Below are positions 56,552 through 64,000 of a stretch of 64,000 nucleotides of DNA, one piece after another. The stretch lies in the IMG/VR virus record IMGVR_UViG_3300027503_000009, one strand, 5' to 3'. The first letter of the stretch is position 1. The number at the start of each line of letters is the position of its first letter. Position numbers and translations under genes: made by a program. The notes under the pieces are model-generated. The model saw only the letters and a list, made by a program, of their open reading frames with translations. It made no database searches and was not told the origin of the DNA. The DNA comes from a virus.

Positions 56552-57112
56552 TTAGAATGGTTGAATGATACCAAAAGGTAATTTAGGCATTTTTGGTATA
56601 GTAATTGTTAAACGTCTAGAATTAACCTTTGTGATATCAAAATTTTTCAATTCATCAGCTAATTGTTGTATTTCCTGCAATTGTTGTTGACTTACATTTT
56701 CTAAATTTTCTAATAGATTTAGTGTGTTATCAATTTCATTTGATATATTTTCTAAATCTTGATTTAAATTATCTACAGTTGATGTTGTAATATTACCTTG
56801 AGAATCAACAACACTCAATGATGTTGAGTTTTGTATATTTTCTGTTTGATTGACAATTGCACTTTGTGCTGTAGTTAAAATAGATTGTATTTCTGAAGAA
56901 GTTAAATTTGATAAAGATGCAATTGTGTTATTTTTAATAGAAAATGCTTTAGAAATAGGTTTTAGTAAACTACCAACATCTGGAACTGATATATAAGCAG
57001 CATATTTTTGAGCTTTTAGTGCTGCTTTTTGTAATTCCAAATTTATTTTAGCAATAAAAGGAACCTGATCTACGGTTGGTATTTTTGGTATTTTTGGTAT
57101 TATAAACGCCAT
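56552..57112 (-). CDS. Hypothetical protein between gp5 and gp25
   Basis: ORF track; Pro/Lys-patterned termini and coiled coil. Confidence 0.6.
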   Translation of the reverse strand: MAFIIPKIPKIPTVDQVPFIAKINLELQKAALKAQKYAAYISVPDVGSLLKPISKAFSIKNNTIASLSNLTSSEIQSILTTAQSAIVNQTENIQNSTSLSVVDSQGNITTSTVDNLNQDLENISNEIDNTLNLLENLENVSQQQLQEIQQLADELKNFDITKVNSRRLTITIPKMPKLPFGIIQPF

Positions 57113-57113
57113 A

Positions 57114-58388
57114 TTAAGTAACTATTCCGGATAATTTGATAATAGGTGCTTTTACTTGTACTAATGCTTTAGATGTTATATCAATTAAAGCATCAGCAGA
57201 TATATTCAAAAAAGATTTTGAAGCTAAATTTAATATACCGGAAGAATGTAAATCTACAACACCAGTACCAACAATTTCTAATTTAGCACTAGAATTTATC
57301 TTCATATCTGCTATAGATTGAATTGATAATGTTTGTGTCCCCGACAAAGAAACTTGAGGTGCCTGTATTGAAACAGCTTTAGTTGATGTTACATTAACAT
57401 TTTCAACACCAACTATATTTACTTTTGAATTAGCAGTTAATGATAAATCACCATCCGATGCAGATACATCAATATTTTTTGCAACAACACCAGCATATTG
57501 TGAATTAACCATAACTGGTCCAGTTTTTACTTGAGCTATTAATCCACCTTCACCATTAACTTCAACTTTCATATCTCCATTACATACAAAACTACTATCA
57601 CCTTGTACATATACAGCACAACTTCCTTGAATATATACTGTATCATTTTTTACAACAATTTCATGTTTGTCACCAACAATTTTTGTTACTTCAGAACCAT
57701 CTGGGTGTATTTCTAAAAATGTACCTTTTCTATGATACATGTGAATTCTTTCATAACCAACACTTTCCACATCATTATCTTGATTATTTTTTGGTGTATC
57801 ATCTATTTCAAATAGATGACCAGATTCAGATTCAAATACTTTATTATATGGATATGAAGCATTATATGGTACTTCAGGTTCACTCCAAGTTTTTGTATCA
57901 TCTAGTGCATATATTTTTTTATCTTTTAATCTAGCGTCTTTTTTATTCTGTACAACTGTATTTTCTATTTGTTCATTTCTAGCTAATCTATTTGTATCTT
58001 GTTCTTTTAGGAACGCATTTTTTGGATAATTACCTTGTGGATCATTAAATCCTTTAGTTTTATCTGCATCTAGCTGTGGAACACCAGCAACAGTTCCCAT
58101 AATAATAGGTTCTTGACAATTATCACCATCTCTAAAAAACCCAACAACCCACGTCCCTTCTACTGGTCCAATTGGTGTTTGTCCTATACCATTCATTGCT
58201 GCTGATGTTATAGGTTGCATTGGAAATGCCCAAGGCAAATCTTCAGTTTTAATTTGTGTTTTATCGTCTGTATGAATACCCAGAACACGAACACGAACTC
58301 TCCCCAACTTCATAGGATCGTTTCTATCTTCAACGACACCCATGAACCAGAAGAAGCCATTCTTACCTAAGAAATAATTATCAAACAT
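57114..58388 (-). CDS. gp5: Baseplate central spike (OB fold plus beta-helix, no lysozyme domain)
   Basis: WF.GVVEDR.DP..LGRVRVR, YPYN.V.ESESGH..E.DDT, beta-helix repeats. Confidence 0.9.
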   Translation of the reverse strand: MFDNYFLGKNGFFWFMGVVEDRNDPMKLGRVRVRVLGIHTDDKTQIKTEDLPWAFPMQPITSAAMNGIGQTPIGPVEGTWVVGFFRDGDNCQEPIIMGTVAGVPQLDADKTKGFNDPQGNYPKNAFLKEQDTNRLARNEQIENTVVQNKKDARLKDKKIYALDDTKTWSEPEVPYNASYPYNKVFESESGHLFEIDDTPKNNQDNDVESVGYERIHMYHRKGTFLEIHPDGSEVTKIVGDKHEIVVKNDTVYIQGSCAVYVQGDSSFVCNGDMKVEVNGEGGLIAQVKTGPVMVNSQYAGVVAKNIDVSASDGDLSLTANSKVNIVGVENVNVTSTKAVSIQAPQVSLSGTQTLSIQSIADMKINSSAKLEIVGTGVVDLHSSGILNLASKSFLNISADALIDITSKALVQVKAPIIKLSGIVT

Positions 58389-59664
58389 TGGTTGAATCCT
58401 TTACACATGTAGCATATGTTGTTAATTTTTCCGTAGTCAAAACATGTTCTAATGTTGTAATTAAATATTTTCCAGAATATTTTTTATTAATAGGAAATAA
58501 TTCTCCACTATCTGTTGGTTTATCTAATGCAATAGCTAAATCAACAACATCACCACAAATTAGTTCACAATTTCCTGGAATAGTAATATTACATACTATA
58601 TTTTGTAATTGAGCATGTAGTCCATATCTTTTTTGTAACCAAAGATTGGATTGATTGTCATAATATTCTAATTTTGGTGGATTTTTAAAATTATCTGATT
58701 TTGCCACGTCTCTATGAAAATATTTATACATAGAATCAAAATCTGAGTAACTTTTGGGGTTATTTATCTTTGTTTTTTCTAAATGATTTGTTTTAGAAAA
58801 ATATTCATCGTAATCATACTTAATAGTTTCTGTAGAATTAATAGCTTTTCCACCATATTGTTTCAATAAAATATTATGTTGTAATAAATTACTTTTGTAC
58901 ATTCCACTTATTGTGTTATTTGAAATATCAATTTTTTTATTAAAATTTATTTCTTGAATAATGGAATTAGCTTGTTCTGGTTTTGTGATTAAAAATTTCT
59001 TTGAAACTGGTCCATAAACAAATGAAGTGACTGGTTTTTTAGATAATAAATCTGATAATGATCTGAAGCTAGTAGAAAAACTTGTCTCATAACAACAGAA
59101 TGTTACAGATTCATCTTTATCAGAAATAGCATATGTTGACAACGTATTAATTAATTTGAATGGTGCTATATATGGAGAGATATACAATAATGAATTTCTT
59201 GTTGGTTCAATGATTACATCAGTTATTTTTAAATAATCTTTTAATACATCTTGAACAATTAGTGAGATTTTTTTATTGAATGATTTACTAATTTTTATTT
59301 TATTGTTTAATATTTCTTCTGAAGTTACTAAATCCAAAATATAACTTTTAGATTTATTAGATTCTTTTTTTATGTTTGTTATTTTATCAACAAAAAAAAT
59401 TTTTCTAAAATATTTTTTATCGTTTTGTGCTTTAAATTTTACTTCAAGAACTTCTCCACCTTTAATTAAAAAATCTCCATCTGTAGATAATCTGTCGTCA
59501 GAATCAAGAATTTTCATTTTAGCTGTCATAGTATTTTCAAAAATACTTTGAGTAACTTTAAGTTCAGTCATTATACCACGAATATCTACACTTTTACCTT
59601 CTGTTATTAGTTTGATTGTTTCTATTTCAAATTTAAAAGGTAAAGGAAAATTTGTAGCTTCCAT
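58381..59664 (-). CDS. Putative baseplate hub protein (gp27-like)
   Basis: Between gp53 and gp5; IPGN..L..GD...SGKYLIT...H C-terminus. Confidence 0.6.
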   Translation of the reverse strand: MEATNFPLPFKFEIETIKLITEGKSVDIRGIMTELKVTQSIFENTMTAKMKILDSDDRLSTDGDFLIKGGEVLEVKFKAQNDKKYFRKIFFVDKITNIKKESNKSKSYILDLVTSEEILNNKIKISKSFNKKISLIVQDVLKDYLKITDVIIEPTRNSLLYISPYIAPFKLINTLSTYAISDKDESVTFCCYETSFSTSFRSLSDLLSKKPVTSFVYGPVSKKFLITKPEQANSIIQEINFNKKIDISNNTISGMYKSNLLQHNILLKQYGGKAINSTETIKYDYDEYFSKTNHLEKTKINNPKSYSDFDSMYKYFHRDVAKSDNFKNPPKLEYYDNQSNLWLQKRYGLHAQLQNIVCNITIPGNCELICGDVVDLAIALDKPTDSGELFPINKKYSGKYLITTLEHVLTTEKLTTYATCVKDSTNV

Positions 59665-59665
59665 T

Positions 59666-60433
59666 TTATATTCCCATTAGTAACTTAAATTCTTGTTCTA
59701 TTTGTGGTAAATAACGCTTATCAATAATTTTTATATTTCTTTTCTTTTCATTCTGCTCAATTTCATAATCTAAAAATGTTACACCTGTTGCTGATGGAGC
59801 ATCTTTTGTTGTTATATGACCATCTAAATTAACATAGTGGTGATTATATGAAGACAAAAATGTGTACCATTCGTAATTATTATTTACTTCAATATTAGTA
59901 ATTTGTTGTAAACCACCATATTCCAACCATGTTCCTTCTGATAACACAACACCACCAGCGGGAATAACTTTAATTTTTTTAGTTGTATTATTAATCGAAA
60001 AAACATAGCAACTTGATAGTGGTGTAAATACATTAACATTATCTGTATTTTTAACATATCCAATATATGAATAAATTGGATCTTGTGATTCAGGTAATTC
60101 AAATGTCGAATTTGTATTCAAGGTTATTGTGTATGTCTTATACTTTTCTTTCAAATAACGATTAAACTTATCTTCATCCATTACCCAATCATAATTATAG
60201 TCATTTATTTGATTGGCGAAAAATAACATCCAGAAATAATAAGGAGAACCATAATATTTTTCTGCAATAATTTCTGGTGTGTCAGAGTCTTTTACACTAT
60301 ATTCATAGTAAACAAATGAGTCATTTAAGAATAAATCACGCATCTTTATTCTTTTAATAACATCAATTACAATATCATAATCAACACCATTGTGTGTATA
60401 AAATGTTACTGGAAAGTTATGAAAATATGGCAT
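59666..60433 (-). CDS. gp53: Baseplate wedge subunit (LysM-like)
   Basis: YF..FP, DTPE.IA.KYYG...Y.W, YE...NE.KR.IK. Confidence 0.88.
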   Translation of the reverse strand: MPYFHNFPVTFYTHNGVDYDIVIDVIKRIKMRDLFLNDSFVYYEYSVKDSDTPEIIAEKYYGSPYYFWMLFFANQINDYNYDWVMDEDKFNRYLKEKYKTYTITLNTNSTFELPESQDPIYSYIGYVKNTDNVNVFTPLSSCYVFSINNTTKKIKVIPAGGVVLSEGTWLEYGGLQQITNIEVNNNYEWYTFLSSYNHHYVNLDGHITTKDAPSATGVTFLDYEIEQNEKKRNIKIIDKRYLPQIEQEFKLLMGI

Positions 60434-61674
60434 TAGAATCCTTCCAATATTCTCTGTTTAGTTATTAGTTCTAATTCTGTGAATTCTAAAGATAAATCAA
60501 TTATAACAGGTGCGCCAGGATCTGAGTCATCTTCAAATGCTACGAAAATATTACCATCGTTTCCTGTATAATTAACAGAAACTCCAGTACAAACACATGT
60601 TGAAATTTTATTTAAATAAGGATTTTCAACAAATTGTCCTGATGAAGTTTTCTTTGAATAATATTTAATATCAAATGTTCCCGGTACTCTAAAAAATACA
60701 TTTAAGAAATCATTTGCTAATTCTGGTGCTGAGTTAAATTTAAACGCTCTTATTATACTTCTAGCTACCAGAGATTCTTCTTTTGTTGATGGCGCAAATT
60801 TAAAATTAAATCTAAATTTTCTAAAATCCATATTATCAAATATAATTTCCATAAATGGATTAATAGCCATACCAGCGCCAGCAGCACCAGCTTTACCATA
60901 TCCACCTAAAGATTCTAATCCACCAGCACCAAGTCTTGATAATATACTACCTAATCCAAGATCGTTCATAGTTATACCACGAAAGAAATCTTGTCCGGTT
61001 TGATAATTAGAAATAACTTGACCTAATACGTCTTTACCGACTCTTCCAGCAGCAGTTGCTAATCCGGTCATTCCAGACATTGAAGTATTATTGTAGTTGA
61101 TTCCAACACTTTCTGTGATATCATTTGGCATATACATAGCAACAGTCAAAGAAGTTCTTTCTTGATTAACTGATGTTAATGATGAATCAACTCTTCCCAA
61201 AAAGTTATCTGCAATATTACTTGCATTTACTTTTGATGTTGTTGTTGGAACACCAATAAATCCAGGAATAGGATTATTATAATTATCTTCTACTAATTCC
61301 GCTCTTATTGAATCGGGTACTAAACCACTATTTGCTAATTTTACTATCAGGTCATTTATATTTTGATCACCAGATCTTTTAAGATTTTCTATAAATGCTT
61401 TTTTATCAGCTTCAGAATTAGAAGCAATTGTTATTTTTTCACCAGTTGGATTTAATTTAAATTGTGTATTTTTATTTTGATTAAAGAAAAATACAATCAT
61501 ATGACTTGGTGTATCAACGCCTTCAACAAATTGTTGTGGATATTGTAATACTTGTCTTTTTTTAGAATCTATTTCTAAATCTTTTAATGGAGAATTTAAT
61601 GTGATTTTATCACTTATTGAATAAGTCAACCCTTCAGATGTTGCTATAAATTTATTAAAGTCTATATTTGCCAT
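60433..61674 (-). CDS. gp48: Baseplate tail tube cap
   Basis: YMP, NPFME..F....R.F.F.FKF.P...E, LEFTELE. Confidence 0.82.
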   Translation of the reverse strand: MANIDFNKFIATSEGLTYSISDKITLNSPLKDLEIDSKKRQVLQYPQQFVEGVDTPSHMIVFFFNQNKNTQFKLNPTGEKITIASNSEADKKAFIENLKRSGDQNINDLIVKLANSGLVPDSIRAELVEDNYNNPIPGFIGVPTTTSKVNASNIADNFLGRVDSSLTSVNQERTSLTVAMYMPNDITESVGINYNNTSMSGMTGLATAAGRVGKDVLGQVISNYQTGQDFFRGITMNDLGLGSILSRLGAGGLESLGGYGKAGAAGAGMAINPFMEIIFDNMDFRKFRFNFKFAPSTKEESLVARSIIRAFKFNSAPELANDFLNVFFRVPGTFDIKYYSKKTSSGQFVENPYLNKISTCVCTGVSVNYTGNDGNIFVAFEDDSDPGAPVIIDLSLEFTELELITKQRILEGF

Positions 61675-61682
61675 ATAGATAG

Positions 61683-61690
61683 TATTTATA
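61683..61690 (-). promoter_or_regulatory. T4 late promoter for the baseplate operon
   Basis: TATAAATA ending 8 nt before ATG 61674. Confidence 0.72.
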
Positions 61691-62124
61691 TGTATAAAAC
61701 TTATAAAGGAAAATATATTCCAAAAAATCCAGAAAAATATGTTGGAGATATAACTAATATTGTTTATCGCTCATCTTGGGAACGTAAATTAATGAAGTTT
61801 CTTGATGAAAATCCAAATGTATTAAAATGGGCAAGTGAAGAAGCTGTAATTCCTTATGTATCTCCGGTTGATAACAAAATCCATAGATACTTTACCGATG
61901 CTTATGCTAAAATAAAAACAAAAGATGGCATTAAAACATATTTAATTGAAGTAAAACCAAAACACCAAACTGTTCCCCCAAAAAAACCAAAACGAATATC
62001 TAAACATTATCAAGAAGCATTAAAGACATATGCTGTAAATGAAGCTAAATGGAACGCTGCAAAAAAAGTTTGTGAAGAAAGAGACTGGAATTTTCTCATA
62101 TTAACGGAAGATCACCTATTATAA
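61690..62124 (+). CDS. gp4: Head completion protein
   Basis: P.NP.KY.GD...I.YRSSWE, W.SEE..IPY, EVKP, N.AKW.AA, LTE. Confidence 0.93.
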   Translation: MYKTYKGKYIPKNPEKYVGDITNIVYRSSWERKLMKFLDENPNVLKWASEEAVIPYVSPVDNKIHRYFTDAYAKIKTKDGIKTYLIEVKPKHQTVPPKKPKRISKHYQEALKTYAVNEAKWNAAKKVCEERDWNFLILTEDHLL

Positions 62125-62127
62125 ATA
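62120..62127 (+). promoter_or_regulatory. T4 late promoter (gp2)
   Basis: TATAAATA. Confidence 0.72.
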
Positions 62128-62137
62128 GTTAATATAT

Positions 62138-62791
62138 ATGCCTGAAACTAAGGATAAATCTATTTTTGATCAGTTTAGAAGCTTAACGTCTAGGCAATTA
62201 ATCCCTAAGACACAAAAAGCTATAGATTGGTATCAACAAACACTTAAAGGACTTGGTTCTCCTACAAGAGAAAGTCTTTTAACAGATACTAGTGCAGATA
62301 GAAGATTAAGAAAAAGTCCTGTTTATGGAAAAATGTTCATATTCTTTTATGATGCTAAAACAAAAGAAGACTTAAAATATTTTGATAGATTTCCTATTGT
62401 AATACCAATTGAACCATATGAACATGAAAATGGAAGTAAAGGATTTATTGGTTTAAATTTGCACTATCTTCCACCATTACTTAGAATGAGATTTTTAGAT
62501 AAGTTACATGAAATCAAAAATAATAATAAAAATAATAACACAACAAAATTTAAATTAACTTATGAATTACTTTCTGGTGCTTCTAAACTAAAAGAATTTA
62601 AACCTTGTTTAAAAATTTATCTAACAAATCCAAATCACATTAAAAGCAATATGTTGGAAATTAATTATCCAGATTGGGTAAGTGTTTCTTTATTACCAAC
62701 AGAACTATTCGTTACTTATAAAAATAACGGTAGAGGAAGACGTTATTCAAAAGAAAAAGTTTGGGCAGATTCAAGGAGAAAAATTAAGTAA
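62138..62791 (+). CDS. gp2: DNA end protector protein
   Basis: YDAK.K..L.Y.DRFP, GLNLHYLPP, KPC.K.YL, VWADS. Confidence 0.92.
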   Translation: MPETKDKSIFDQFRSLTSRQLIPKTQKAIDWYQQTLKGLGSPTRESLLTDTSADRRLRKSPVYGKMFIFFYDAKTKEDLKYFDRFPIVIPIEPYEHENGSKGFIGLNLHYLPPLLRMRFLDKLHEIKNNNKNNNTTKFKLTYELLSGASKLKEFKPCLKIYLTNPNHIKSNMLEINYPDWVSVSLLPTELFVTYKNNGRGRRYSKEKVWADSRRKIK

Positions 62792-63723
62792 TGGCAAATT
62801 TATTTCAAGGTATAGCTGGTTTCTTAACTGGTAATAATAGTAGAGTTGGTGGATCGGATCAAGAACCTTCTAACAAAATTAAAATTAGACCTTCAATAAA
62901 TAATTTTCGTTCTAATTTACTTAATAAAAGTATTGCTAGAACAAATAGATTTGGTGTTACTATAGCATATGAAGGAATAAATGGTTCATCTTTAGAACAA
63001 ATAGTTAAACAAGAATCTTATAATTTAGGTACAATTACTGAAAATATCACTCAAGCAATCAGTAGTCCTAGAAATGCTATAAATTTTTTTCAAAACGCCT
63101 TAACAAATTCACTAGCAAGTCCAATGTCTAATAGTAAAGCAACCTTACTATTACATTTTTCATGTTATGCTGCTGCATTACCTGGACAATCTTTAGCAAC
63201 ATCTGATTTGAGAACTTATGGACCAAATTATAAAATGCCATATCAAACAAATTTTCAAGACTTAAATCTTGAATTTTATTGTAATGGTGATATGGAACAA
63301 AAACATATATTTGATTATTGGATGAAGTTAATACATAATCCAACTCATTATAATTTTTCATATAAAAAAGATTATAAATGTAAAATCTATATTACACAAT
63401 TTAAAGAATCACCTAAACCATTACCATTTCCTGGTGGAGATATAGTTAATGGTTTAGTAAATGCTGGAATTAGCATTGGCTCTAGATTTGATTCAACAGG
63501 TTATGTTGATTATGCAAGAAATTATCTATATGAAGGAACACCAGATCCTTTTGCTGATGAAGCATATACAGCTACTTTTTATGAAGCGTATCCGTTATCA
63601 GTAGATCCATTATCAACTTCATGGGAAGATTCAAATGACTTACACAGATTAAAAGTATCATTTACTTATAAATATTTTACTTCAAATTATTATACTATGG
63701 AAAAACAATTAGCTAAAAGATAA
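62791..63723 (+). CDS. Tail tube initiator/baseplate protein (gp54- or gp19-like)
   Basis: AR.NRF.V, LPG, F..WM..I, EAYP..V, L.V.F.Y. Confidence 0.75.
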   Translation: MANLFQGIAGFLTGNNSRVGGSDQEPSNKIKIRPSINNFRSNLLNKSIARTNRFGVTIAYEGINGSSLEQIVKQESYNLGTITENITQAISSPRNAINFFQNALTNSLASPMSNSKATLLLHFSCYAAALPGQSLATSDLRTYGPNYKMPYQTNFQDLNLEFYCNGDMEQKHIFDYWMKLIHNPTHYNFSYKKDYKCKIYITQFKESPKPLPFPGGDIVNGLVNAGISIGSRFDSTGYVDYARNYLYEGTPDPFADEAYTATFYEAYPLSVDPLSTSWEDSNDLHRLKVSFTYKYFTSNYYTMEKQLAKR

Positions 63724-63741
63724 AATTTAAAAAGGAATATT

Positions 63742-64000
63742 ATGGCTTTACCAAAAATTAAAACACCAATCTATGATGTGTATTTACCTTATACAAAAAA
63801 AGAAATTCAATTTAGACCTTTTCTTGTAAAAGAAGAAAAGATATTAGCTATGGCATTTGAAGGAGATGATCCTAAAGAAATGACCAGAGCTATGAAACAA
63901 ATTATCAATAATTGCTGCTTAACAGAAAATTTTGATGTTGATAAGTTACCTATTTTTGAATTAGAATTTTTGTTTTTAAAATTAAGATCAAAATCAGTTA
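63742..64000 (+). CDS. gp26: Baseplate hub subunit, truncated at the window edge (not in ORF track)
   Basis: MALPKIKTPIY...FRPFLVKEEKIL.MA.E...LPIFELEFLFLKLRSKSV. Confidence 0.88.
   Translation, partial: MALPKIKTPIYDVYLPYTKKEIQFRPFLVKEEKILAMAFEGDDPKEMTRAMKQIINNCCLTENFDVDKLPIFELEFLFLKLRSKSV

Overview
An AT-rich 64 kb segment of a large T4-like myophage genome. Bases 1-8.9 kb are an early/accessory region driven by consensus sigma70 promoters. It encodes an HTH protein, dCMP deaminase, a DUF3310-like protein, RNA ligase 1, a DUF6915-like gene pair, a SleB-like hydrolase, a single-module Clp-type AAA+ ATPase, PhoH and a PD-(D/E)XK nuclease. It also carries a circularly permuted (two-piece) tmRNA gene behind a T4 late promoter. 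Bases 8.9-61.7 kb (minus strand) hold the T4 core: gp46, gp47, gp55, uvsW, uvsY, gp3, gp23-22-21-67-20-19-18-17, gp15-14-13 and the baseplate genes gp8-7-6-25-5-53-48. gp4, gp2, gp54-like and gp26 follow on the plus strand. Between gp15 and gp17, where gp16 normally sits, lies a ~15 kb island. In it, two proline-poor Gly-Ala-Thr collagen-like fibre genes bracket six modifying-enzyme genes (two GT4, one GT2, one GT-D-like, two methyltransferase-like) that have their own late promoter. This candidate virion-fibre glycosylation system and the permuted tmRNA are the two strongest findings. All product calls come from motif recognition and synteny; no database searches were run.
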